From the IMG/VR virus record IMGVR_UViG_2907202186_000003, positions 32,001 to 96,000 of that record: 64,000 nt of DNA; one strand, written 5' to 3'. Shown in pieces: positions 53,559 to 64,000 of the stretch. Under the pieces are notes generated by a model, which had not been told where the DNA came from, made no database searches, and saw nothing but the letters and a program-made list of their open reading frames with translations. The translations under genes and the position numbers were made by a program. How positions within the stretch are numbered: the stretch's first letter is position 1; the number at the start of each line of letters is the position of its first letter. This DNA comes from a virus. Its lineage: Duplodnaviria; Caudoviricetes.

Positions 53559-54053
53559 TTAGGAGTTACTTTTTAGTTTTACCTTATATTTTTCAGCTAG
53601 TTCTTTTACTTTATCCTGATATTCTCGCATCATCTTCCTTGCCTCTGAAAGCTTCTCATTCGCTTCAGTAATAGTCTTTATATCCTGTTCTTCTAGAGCA
53701 TAAGCGATTGTTGTTAAAGCTGAATTCTGACGATTTAATCCGTCTATATAAATATTATGTACTTCTCGTAACTCTTTTGATTCAATTTTAACACTTTCAA
53801 CTTTTCCAGTGAACTCGTTATAACCAGGTATTACTTTGTCCACCAAAACGTTGTAGGTTGTTTCGTCATCCGTAAAATTTGCTCCTGTTACACTTTCATA
53901 GGTATTAACTAACTCCTGTTCTTCAGTAAACAGAGGAACCATTTGTTCGTTAATATAAGACAGTAATTCTTCTGTTACCGGGTCAGTTTTGCTACACCCC
54001 ATTAGAACATTAAAGAGCAACATAGTGCTGATAAGAATTATTAACTTTTTCAA
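53559..54053 (-). CDS. Lipoprotein
   Basis: Lipobox LMG-C; helical body. Confidence 0.75.
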   Translation of the reverse strand: MKKLIILISTMLLFNVLMGCSKTDPVTEELLSYINEQMVPLFTEEQELVNTYESVTGANFTDDETTYNVLVDKVIPGYNEFTGKVESVKIESKELREVHNIYIDGLNRQNSALTTIAYALEEQDIKTITEANEKLSEARKMMREYQDKVKELAEKYKVKLKSNS

Positions 54054-57000
54054 AAGAAAACCTCCTAGTCTTAAATACCTTTTATCTTGTAGATTATAAT
54101 GGAAAATAGTTCAAAAGCAATAGGGTATTTGGAACTAATTACATCTAATTCATTTCACAACTCTTCTTATTTTTCATGAAATAACTGTTTTATCCAACTT
54201 TATCTTCTATTACCTGACAGACTGTGTGTGTAAGTACTAAAAATGTTAATGTAAATAATAAAAACGGAAAACTATTGTGCCATCCTTCTTGAAATACACA
54301 CTGTGTATCTAATACTCCAAAAACAAAACAAGCGATACCAAATAATACAAGTCTACATTTAGATAATTTCTCCATTGTCCATATCTCCTTTTTGTAAAAT
54401 TCTGCTTTTAACAGCTTCCTAATTAATAACTCCAACTAATTTTGATCAAAAATCATGCAGTACTCACAATCATCAAAAATGGCCTTTTCAATTTCTTTAT
54501 TGGTTGCATCCTCCCAAACAGTTACCTTCCCGTTATATGTACCAATTGGCCTGACACTAATTGTATATTCGACTTCCTTGATTTTTCTTTGTTCGCTGTA
54601 CGCTTTCTCTGCTGCTATAAGATTCTCAATAGCTTCATCAAACTCAGCTCTAGTTCGATTATTGTTTGTTGTTCCTGCAATACATGCCTTTTGATTAACA
54701 ATGGATTGCAATTTCTCAATATCTTTTCTTGTGATCATTTCTCTTTCTCACCTCTTATAAAATACTGTTTTTATTGGAAGTACATTTCCTCGATTTTACG
54801 TTTAAATCGCGCTAAATTATTTTTTGCTTGTTGGTATGATCCATTCAAACCCTTCAACTCCAACGAATCAATTTGAGCACCAAATTGATTAAACACCGTT
54901 ACCGATAAATCAAAATCTCCAAAAAACTTATGATTTTCATTAAATATATTTTCTTTCCCTACTATTTCTGCCTGAGCTTTATAGTTGTTATTGCTTAAAT
55001 ACTCCAGCGAACAATTTTTTATATCAAGTTTCTCAGTTGCCCATTCCATCTTTACCACTCCTTATAAAATCGTTGTTTCACTTAGATTCCTTAAATACCT
55101 GGTCATAATTTCCTTCAACATCTACTAAATGCAAATATGAATAAATCTGTGCAACAATATCTTTAATCTCTTTTCTTTGTCGTAGAACAAAGTTACGGTA
55201 CAATTCATCTTTTAATAGTTCTTCTCCCACCAGACCGGAGAGCATCTCAATTTTACTTGTGATATCTGCAATCTCATTTCCCATTGCCTTCACTTTATTT
55301 CTTGCATATCCTGTAAAGTGGATCTCTTTTTCAATGCTTTCCAATTGATCTCGATTCATTTAGTTAACTCCTTATATTATGTATTTTTATTAAATAACCG
55401 TTTTAATAATGATAAGCCCCCATAAACCGATGCACAGTGAATACAAGATTGCATTTTCAAACGTTAGATGCTTCATAATTCTCATGTGATTTCCTCCACC
55501 TAATCTATAAAGCGTTGCTGTTCTTTATCATGTGAAAGTAACCTTTCATACAGAGAATTCATATCGTTCACATATAAATCGAGTAAAAAATTTAAATAGA
55601 TAAACTCCTCAATGGATGCAATTTGCTGGTCTATTGCATCCATGATCTCATCAGGTAAAAGCGCAGGAAGCAATATACTGGAGGTTTCCTGCGCTTACCT
55701 GATAATTAACGTATGTACATTTTATATCGCTCTCTCTATGCATTGTTGTGGTCTCATAAACTCTACCAAAAACATGATCCAGTATTATTATATGTTACCT
55801 GATGAATTCCTTTTGTTTTAAGGAAAGCCTCCAATTTACTATAAAATTCATTTGAGGGATTAAGAACGAAACTGCTAACAAACGCATTATCAGTTATGCC
55901 TATATCAACTTTAAATCCGTTTCGTCTTAGCTTAATTATTGATCCCATGTTTTTAAGCGTTTGATTAAATTCATTTATATATTCTTCAGTAATTTCACTC
56001 ATCAAACTTCCACTCCTTTTTAATATGAATCGATTTTCAGGATACCATCTCTTAAAGTTGTAGTAAAGACGAATAGGAGAATTATATCCCCTATTCTAAT
56101 CCGCACTTATCACAAAATTCATCCCATGCCTTATCATATTTCTTACTTCCCGATCTACCTCCAAACTCTTTAGACCACATGTCTGCTACAATTTGAAATT
56201 GTCTATCAGTTAGGTCTTCGATTTCTTTCATGAATAACTCTTGTGCTATGCTGTAGCAAAATCCCTTTTCCTGTATTCTTATTTCGATACCACTTGGTGG
56301 ATAATATCGCTTATTGTCTTTATCCATCAGATAATCGATAAGCCATCCGTTTTTCTCATAATAGTACTCGCGCGTTTTCTGTTCTTCTGTTTCTCTTGCC
56401 TCAATTTGTGCGTGTCTGTCTGCCTTAAACTTTATGTATTCGTCAACATTTCTTTTGTTTCCCATTTCCCAAACTTTGATGCCTGACACAATCTGCACAC
56501 ATTCGCTACCATATGGCTTACCTTGATACTCGAAAATGTTCTTGATACCTTGACCACATCTCGTACAATTAGAAATGATTCCTGTTTCCATTTTTGACCG
56601 CCTCCGTGTTTTAACTTATAACTAATTATAACACGGGTTATGCATTTACACAATAATATGTTTATATTTATTTTATTGTTTTTACTTAAAATAAGCATTT
56701 CATCGTGTTTTATAAACCTTATGTATCACTGTTGGAATTCTCTATTAGAATTTCACAAGCACTATCAAATACAATTTCTTTCGACAACTGATATCGCTCT
56801 TTATTCTTCTCATAATGCACTACAAACATAGGATAAAGTTGCAATTCACTACAACCTTCTTTCATGAGTCTCATCTTTAATACTTTTAGATGAGTTCTTA
56901 AATGCTCAACAGTTTTTATCTCCAAGTTAACCACACCTTATTACATTTATTTTATTTACTGCTATAACCAGAAGAACGAATTATGCTTTCAATCGAATTT

Positions 57001-58760
57001 ATATTGTTTCTCTCTAAAATAATGTTTCTTACCCAATTCGGCCTATTTAATTTATTTTTATAAAAGGCTTTTTGGAATACCTTTATGTTTCCTTCGCCCG
57101 TAAATATGGCAATTTTACAAGGTGTATTTTGCATTGCTTTTATTGTTCCTTCATAAATCTTAAATAATTTCATTTTTATTTCTCCTATAATTAATAACTA
57201 CCATTCTCTACCGTTTCTGACCGCTTCTAAATTTTCTTTTGCGTGGTTAATGTATTCTTCTTTTCGAGAATCATTTCCATAAGCACTAACTACCTTTTCC
57301 AATTGTTTTTCATAATACTTAATTAGCTCTTCTCTTGTTTTCATTTTTTCATTCCCCCTCTAATTTGTTGGTGAAACAAGCGTTACTTAGATACTTTTTA
57401 CTCTAGATCCCTTCAACCTCAATTACTCTATCAATCATTTCTTCCAGGTCCAAGACAGACTTTTCATTAACTTTAATTTGATTTTTATATACTTCAATTG
57501 TGCATTTTTCTGTAAGTATTGTTGCTGTAGGTGCAATTACAAATGTTGTACTGTCTCCTGCTACTTCGTGACCATAACCATATGTATTCAATTTCTCGCT
57601 GATTGAGTTGACCAGTTTTTCAATGCTCTTCATCGGTATCACTTCCTTATAATTTGTATAATTACTTTATTAAATGTTATATCTAAGTGGATAGATTTTT
57701 TCCTTCCTGTGGCAATATACATAAATAGTATTATTGTGAAATCCTATTGTTTCCATTTTTGTCCCAGCGATATGAAAAATGAAACCTTTCTCCGTTATGT
57801 TTTTCATCTTTTGTCCCCTCCAGTTTAGTTGAAACAAGAATTTTATCAATTGTCGATCATTTGCAGATTATTTCTTGTAATAAAAGCTTTAACTTCTGAA
57901 ACACCCCAAGCTTCTTTTCCCCAATCTTTTATATTTTCACTTTCAAAATTCTCTACTCTATTAAATTCAACCGAAACTCCTTCTTCAATGAGTTTATCAA
58001 GGCACGAAGAATGTCTGTATGTCTCCATTTGATAAAATTCTTTATGCTCATCTTCGATAAGTAGACCTTTTTTTTCTATAAAGCAGAGTTTGATTTTTTT
58101 CTGCTCTAATTCTGATAATACATCTTTAAAATCCACAATAATCTTTTTATTTTTCATTTCTTATTCCTCCGTGTTCTATGAAATCACTCTTTCACTTACT
58201 GTTTTAGAAGGACACATACTATTTTATATGTGTCCACAACTTACCCGAGTTCTTACTTTGACATTTCTTGCAAACATGTGCACCATCAGGTGGTAAATCT
58301 AATGGATCACCTTGAAGCAAATTAGGTCTATCAAGATTGTAACTTTGACAAGATGGATATCTATTATTCTCGATTTCAAATCCAATTTTATGCCACGTTC
58401 CTGTTTTTGATTGCATCCACTTTTTAAGTCCAGCAGATTCCTCAATTGCTTTACTTGTATTTTTATTTTCTTTTTTTGCTTCTATATTTTGACGTTTGAG
58501 TAAATCTTGTTTCGCTCTGTTCAGATCACGCTGCAGTATGCCAATTTCAACTGCTGCTTTTCTTTCTTCAGAACCTGCAGGAAATGTTGCCCAGCACTCT
58601 AAAGGGTCAGCTCCTAAATTTTTTAGAGTTTCAACTTGTACTAAGATTTTCGATTCATATCTTTCAACCTTTTTAACGGCTGCCTCAAGTTTGTTCACTT
58701 TGTCAACCCTCCATAATCGGATAAAATGAGTATTTCTTTTAACGATTTAGTTATATTATT

Positions 58761-58789
58761 ATTATATTTACTTTATAATAAAATGTCAA
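58761..58789 (-). promoter_or_regulatory. Consensus SigA early promoter with ATAAAGTAAATATA motif
   Basis: TTGACA-17-TATAAT. Confidence 0.8.
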
Positions 58790-58818
58790 GCCTTTGTTTT
58801 CTTTTTTTAAAGCGAAAT

Positions 58819-59286
58819 TCAAGTAAAATATTGATAATCAAATTCAATATTTAGCTCAATTTGCTCTATTGTCGGCTCCCAATATATTAAATTACCTTGA
58901 TCTTTATAATAAGCTACGTTGTTTTTTATAAAGAATGTCTTATTCGAATAAAATCCACAATTTCTCATATCCTCCAATAAATATTTTAAATCGTTACAGT
59001 CATCATTGAACAATAAACCATTTATATAGTTATAGTATTTAGCAAGATTATAAATTAATATCTCGTCTAAGCAGAATTCTAGATTTGGATGAAGTAAAAC
59101 CTTATTCAAATTTATAAAAATTGTATCCTCTTCAAAAATCACATAACTATATCTATATTTCATTTTATTAGGAATGAATATTTTTCCTTTATATTCAAGA
59201 CTACATATCTTCTTTGCGAGAAATTTAGTCTTTCTTTCTAACATTGGAATGGAATTATCATCTTTCGAGAGTAATGTTTGAATCAA
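58819..59286 (-). CDS. SprT-like protein with degenerate metal site
   Basis: IFINL...LDEILIYNLAKYY in place of ILxHELxHY. Confidence 0.4.
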   Translation of the reverse strand: MIQTLLSKDDNSIPMLERKTKFLAKKICSLEYKGKIFIPNKMKYRYSYVIFEEDTIFINLNKVLLHPNLEFCLDEILIYNLAKYYNYINGLLFNDDCNDLKYLLEDMRNCGFYSNKTFFIKNNVAYYKDQGNLIYWEPTIEQIELNIEFDYQYFT

Positions 59287-59367
59287 AATATTCTCTCCTT
59301 TTATTAAAGATTTTACTTAGTGTTCAAATATACAATGTTACTAATTGTACCATTGTATATTTGTCTT

Positions 59368-59449
59368 GCCACCTAACCGCTCAATGTCAGCGGTTAACGC
59401 TCTAGGCTTAAGGCTCAATCCCGATATGTCGGGAACCGCCTAGACGGTT
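59368..59449 (-). ncRNA. Pistol self-cleaving ribozyme
   Basis: P1 AACCG/CGGUU with loop UCUAGG; P2 GCC/GGC; UUAAG-CCUAGA-GCG pseudoknot strand; P3 UUAACCGCU/AGCGGUUAG; G-U cleavage site. Confidence 0.88.
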
Positions 59450-60138
59450 TATTATACATTCTGTTTTAGTAACAGATAGTTATAACTTGCTAATTCATTA
59501 AGGTCAATTCCCTTTGATTCAATTAAATTTTTGATCTGTTCTTTAAAGGTATTCAGTCCAGTGATTCGGTCTTCTTTATTTGCAATTTCTTCGGTGTTTT
59601 GGATTTCTTGTATCGCAAAGCTAATATCGATCATAAATCTATATAATTCTACTGGAGTACCTTTTAATTTAACCTCTAATTCAATATTAGTTTCAAAATC
59701 ATTTTTCATTGTAATTACCTCCATTTTTTAGTCATATCATACCACTAATATGCAACATCAGTAATAATGAAATGAGGATTTCAATCTGATTTAATTCAAG
59801 TATTAAACCTTAGCTGCTAACGTTAACATTTCATTAAACACTATTAGATTGCTATATGCCTCAATTGGATCGATGTCTCTCCATTGTGATATTCCTTTTG
59901 TCATCTCTTTAATAAGTTCCAAGCCTCTATTATTTACGTTTATGTAATTTCCTTCAGGATAGCGTTTAGAAATTAGCTTTCGGACTTCTTCCTCTCTTTC
60001 CTGATTGAATAACTTCTGTACTTCGTTATCCTTTAAAACTGCCTTTTGTGTTTTACTTCTTCATTGTAAGATTTTAAAGCCTTCCTTTTTCCCGTTCTAT
60101 TCATACAATCGCCTCCTATGTATTGACTTTATATTTTT

Positions 60139-60167
60139 ATTATATTTATTTTATTGTTTAAAGTCAA
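60139..60167 (-). promoter_or_regulatory. SigA early promoter with ATAAAATAAATATA motif
   Basis: TTGACT-17-TATAAT. Confidence 0.75.
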
Positions 60168-61031
60168 GCGTTTGTTTTACTTTTATTTTAACCCGCTTTG
60201 ATTTGTTTCATTGGTTTCACCTCCATTAGTTTAATTTAAATCTTTTCCATCCACCAGACTGAGTCAGTGAAATCAAGCAGCCCGCCTTCGGTCAGGATCG
60301 ATTGTAAAGCCTTTTTGCCTCCTGCTGGTGTATAAGGTTTACCATCCCCTTTGAAGCCAAAGTAACCGAATGTAGGGTGATACAGTGTATAACCTTTTGG
60401 AATGATATAGCCACCTGGAACTATAAATTTTTGATTGGACAATTTCACAATTTTCAATGCTGCATTTATAGCTTTCGTTTCGTCTGTGCGTTCGTGATTA
60501 GTGTCATTGAGCGCTACGTACTCAAGAAGGAATGAAGTCATTGGAGATGCAGTAAACTCATTCTCGACTGCTTGAATAAGAAAGTCTGTTACTTGGATGT
60601 TTTCATCTTTCAGTGATTCATGAAAGCCCTGTTTAACTGTCAGTTGCTGACCAGGTAATAATTCGTTGTATGGGTGAGTACCAAAGTTAAAGATTTCGTT
60701 GGCCAGAAGATCGGAAAGATAATCCAGTTGTTCCATTTGGGAAAGTTGATTGAAGTTCATTATAATACATCTCCTTATAGTACAATTTATATAGTTATAT
60801 TTATTTTATTAGCGAAGGATTAAGGACCCATATACAGTTTGACCTTTTAATGCTTGCTTACGTTGCCACTGACTTTTTAAAACTGCTAATTTAGATTGAC
60901 TCACTTGATAACAACTCCTCTTTAAATGATTAACCTTATATTTATAATTATAATGATTTTATTAATAAAGTCAAGTCATTTCTTTACTTTTCGAATTGAA
61001 TGTCAAAAATAAAACCGCTACATATGAGCGG

Positions 61032-61463
61032 TTAGACTATATAGTATTTGCTTTCCTTCTCTGTGATACGTCTAAACTTAAATAACACCTCTACAGGTTC
61101 ATTCACAACATTTGAAACCCTAATCATTGTTTGAGCATCCAAATTGCCATCAGAAAGAATCTGATTAGCTCTTTGCTTAGTAACTCCTAAAGCTGCTCCT
61201 AACTCTTCCTGAGTAATTCCCTTGCTTTTAACTACTTCCTTCGCTGCATTCTCGAAACCTTCGTTTCTAAATATGGCTAGTTGCTTATCAATGTATTTAC
61301 TTGCTTTTGGACTGAGGTAAATTTCTTTGCATTGATTACACTGGATAGCTGGAATATGTTCGATAACAAACGTCTTACCATATTCCTGGTGTTCCATTGT
61401 ATGAAGAATATCAGTTAAATCTTTTGAGCCACACTCTACACATTTTGACATTAAAGTACCCAT
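61032..61463 (-). CDS. MqsA/YgiT-type Zn-finger plus HTH antitoxin
   Basis: CVECG...HIPAIQCNQCKE; ITQEELGAALGVTKQ. Confidence 0.8.
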   Translation of the reverse strand: MGTLMSKCVECGSKDLTDILHTMEHQEYGKTFVIEHIPAIQCNQCKEIYLSPKASKYIDKQLAIFRNEGFENAAKEVVKSKGITQEELGAALGVTKQRANQILSDGNLDAQTMIRVSNVVNEPVEVLFKFRRITEKESKYYIV

Positions 61464-61500
61464 GTAACATTCTCCTTTTAGATGGACTTGCGGTGATTTC

Positions 61501-61782
61501 TCACCGCTTATCCATTACCGTTATGATTATGATTGCATTTTCTTCATCAAACTTGATTGCCAGTCTATGGCTATGTATTCCACCCTCAACCTTGTATGAT
61601 GTGATGCCGTCAGGATTGTCTGTGTCTACTCTTAGGATGCGGTTGACATTGATTAGTATGTCCTCGATGTCAGCAGTCGTAATATTGCGGTCTGTCATTC
61701 GTTGCCTTGCATGAAGTCTGAGGAAGTACTTACCTTGTTTAGCTAGTGACTTGATTAGAGATATGATTTCTTGGTCACTCAT
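61501..61782 (-). CDS. DUF4258 (RelE/BrnT-like) toxin
   Basis: HARQRMTDRNIT..DI...IIITV; directly upstream of the antitoxin. Confidence 0.78.
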   Translation of the reverse strand: MSDQEIISLIKSLAKQGKYFLRLHARQRMTDRNITTADIEDILINVNRILRVDTDNPDGITSYKVEGGIHSHRLAIKFDEENAIIIITVMDKR

Positions 61783-62138
61783 TATGATATCACCTCACTT
61801 ATCTATAAGTCAATTATACGCTTAACTTTGAGATTAGTCAATATATTTATACTGTATTTGTATGTTTATTTTGTTATAAATACAAATAAACCGCCAATTA
61901 TTTTTGACGGTTAAAGGTGATCTGATATCGACAGCCGTAAGGCTGTACGGAGCAAAACAGACGCTTCAGCGGATTTTTGTGACGTGCCTTTAATGTGCGA
62001 AGCACTAAGATTAATACTCAATCGATAATTAAGAAAAAATCCTTGTGAATACTTATATTTTCAATAAAAAGTTGGACAAAACAACCTTATTAATATACTT
62101 ATATAATAAGCCTGTTATAGCCAACTTTTTAATCATGT

Positions 62139-63260
62139 TTAAGTATTTTCTCCTTTATTTAAATGGATTTTTTCAATATCAGACCTTATGTTTGTGGCAT
62201 TTTGATCAATTAATGTGTTAACTAACTTCTTATTGTTTTTTATGTATGTGAGCACAGATCTATAATAATTCTCTTTGCTTTTTATAGCTCTATTGTGCCT
62301 TGTTTTCCCATTTTCCAGCAGCTTTGATTTAATATTATTGTTTACATTTAAAAATCTGCTCATTTTCTCTTCGTCAGTAAGTGTGAAATTATCAATGTCC
62401 TGAATGTCTTGTAATGCGTTTAAAGCATGTTCTTCATTAAAAATAATCTTATAAGAATTATAGTAAAAATAAATATTGTGATTGTCAAAAGTAATAGCTT
62501 GTACTCTACTTTTAAATGTGTCCCACAATCCCTTTTTTACAACCTCTTGTTTATCATGACATTCTAATTCGTCCATTACATCGCGTTCAGCTGCTAGTAT
62601 TATTTGAACCTCATTCTTAGTTGCTTCCCTATGGGTCATTCTCACACTAGAACTTATTCCAAAGCTATATACCCTATTACCATACTTATCTTTCTTATAT
62701 GAATCTTTAACTGCCTTGATCTTTCCTGAATCATTTATAGCAACATTAGCATCAATTATACACACAGTCATAGCATAAGACCACATTACTAAAGACTTCT
62801 CTTTAAGCCTGTTTAGTGCATTCTCTAAGCTCCTGGTTAATGAATCCCTAGATAGATCATAGAACTCATATATTTCTTTCTCGCTTATGTCGGTGAACAA
62901 GCTTAACTTTGGAACATGTTTACGTCCAAAATTATAATTATCATGAACCATATTTAATAATAAAAATAATGAACTCTTAGGAAGAAAGGCTTGCCCATTC
63001 CTTTCCTGTATAATTAGATCAAGCAATAACTCCTCTATGTCACTTATGTATCCATATCTACTAAGTTTGTGTCTTGGTTTCTTATAAACCTTTTCAATAT
63101 TATATTTATTGCCAAGCCTAGTATATTCAAAATACATTGTCCAGTCTTCGAGCTGCTTCCTTTTTGATGTTCCATTCTTAATGGGTTCATTCAAGAATAA
63201 GCATAACTCCTTGTAGTTCTTAAATAGTCGACCTTTTTTTAATTTAGATGTATCGATAAT
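62139..63260 (-). CDS. Conserved phage protein, possible DNA-binding/initiator; probable ATT start
   Basis: Frame extends to IIDTSKLKKGRLFKNYKELCLFL after GGGGG; helix LENALNRLKEKSLV. Confidence 0.55.
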   Translation of the reverse strand: MIDTSKLKKGRLFKNYKELCLFLNEPIKNGTSKRKQLEDWTMYFEYTRLGNKYNIEKVYKKPRHKLSRYGYISDIEELLLDLIIQERNGQAFLPKSSLFLLLNMVHDNYNFGRKHVPKLSLFTDISEKEIYEFYDLSRDSLTRSLENALNRLKEKSLVMWSYAMTVCIIDANVAINDSGKIKAVKDSYKKDKYGNRVYSFGISSSVRMTHREATKNEVQIILAAERDVMDELECHDKQEVVKKGLWDTFKSRVQAITFDNHNIYFYYNSYKIIFNEEHALNALQDIQDIDNFTLTDEEKMSRFLNVNNNIKSKLLENGKTRHNRAIKSKENYYRSVLTYIKNNKKLVNTLIDQNATNIRSDIEKIHLNKGENT

Positions 63261-64000
63261 TCATTCCCCCCCAAAATGATGAATGTTATTGGTGTATGAG
63301 AACCGTTAAATAGGACACATAAGAGATGATCGTGTAAAGAATGATAGATATAACAAGATAGAGTGTACTAGTTAGATAGTACACTCATAGATAAGACAAA
63401 ATTTGCCCATTTTATGTTAAGGCTCGATAAAACTGCACCCCCAGGCATGAGGCTTCTAATTTAAAATTGAGTTTGGCCACATTTTTCGAAAATTTTCATC
63501 TCATTTTCAAATCACCTCATGCAATGATTGTCCTATCTCTAGATGGTACACAATATATCTTATATACCATCTAGGAAGGGTATGGGGGGATAGTTAAAAG
63601 CCCAAAAACTGGCAGATATGCAAAAAAATTCGGCAGCACATCCATTTCCACACCCATTCATAATTTTCCCTTCTCACTGTTTTACGTCATTTTCATCAAA
63701 TTTGACATCGTATTCGTAATCGTATTACCCCCATTTTCCCCTTTGTTTATATACACTTTTTCACCTTACTTTTTTACGTCTTATCCTCTCTTTGCCCATT
63801 TTAAACATCAAAATCACCATTTCCCCCTTATTCTATATAGGGTTTTACGATGTCGAGTTAACGATATAGCCCTTTTCGACCTGTTCTTCATCTTATTCCC
63901 TTATAAAATCTACACTTTTCTCTCCTCACGATAAAATGGTCAATCGTCACATTTTCAATTTGCGATAACATTTCGGGTAATTGTTAGAGTAGGGATACTT

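Larger units (their letters stand above)
3522..59784. repeat. Dispersed 18-bp palindromic junction repeat ATRAAA-N6-TTTYAT (about 50-60 copies)
   Basis: Examples: 3522 ATGAAActgaacTTTCAT; 4231 ATAAAAgaaagaTTTCAT; 5985; 7336; 7731; 8726; 9254; 10382; 18715; 19499; 19748; 20916; 21631; 25177; 25678; 42717; 48494; 50072; 53211; 54176; 54757; 58178. Confidence 0.9.
1..64000. mobile_element. Internal part of an SPbeta-like temperate phage/prophage (replication, regulation and accessory region)
   Basis: Gene set resembling SPbeta yorE-J, yopQ/yopR, uvrX/yolD, ligase and SLOG genes; dense small minus-strand ORFs; low GC; no host housekeeping operons. Confidence 0.92.

Noticed and set aside
61910-62010. 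Hammerhead ribozyme
   Set aside because: No CUGANGA plus GAAA core in the right arrangement on either strand

Overview
AT-rich 64 kb internal segment of a large SPbeta-like temperate phage/prophage, most likely of a Paenibacillus-type spore former (host is inferred). Most genes are on the minus strand. Core modules: primase/DnaB helicase/ATP-dependent ligase (0-3.5 kb), SPbeta yorE/yorF/yorG-like recombination-replication genes (31-34 kb) and a yopQ/yopR(mrpR)-like repressor pair (37-39.4 kb). A plus-strand wHTH-tubulin-pilin-like-ATPase module and an SOS-boxed Y-family polymerase/YolD operon lie at 11-18 kb. Long arrays of small accessory genes fill the rest. Main observations: (1) about 50-60 copies, counted by eye, of an 18-bp palindrome ATRAAA-N6-TTTYAT sit at accessory gene junctions and were not seen inside core operons, suggesting a gene-cassette or stoperator-like system; (2) a phage-encoded Agr-type cyclic-peptide signalling operon (kinase-less membrane protein, AgrB, unannotated AgrD, stand-alone LytTR) directly follows the master repressor, with no arbitrium genes in view; (3) a solitary type I-C CRISPR repeat with its own promoter and terminator lies in an anti-CRISPR-like island; (4) a pistol ribozyme; (5) a tRNA-like element with a degenerate anticodon arm. 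No att site, structural genes or CRISPR array were seen. All calls come from reading motifs by eye, with no database searches.
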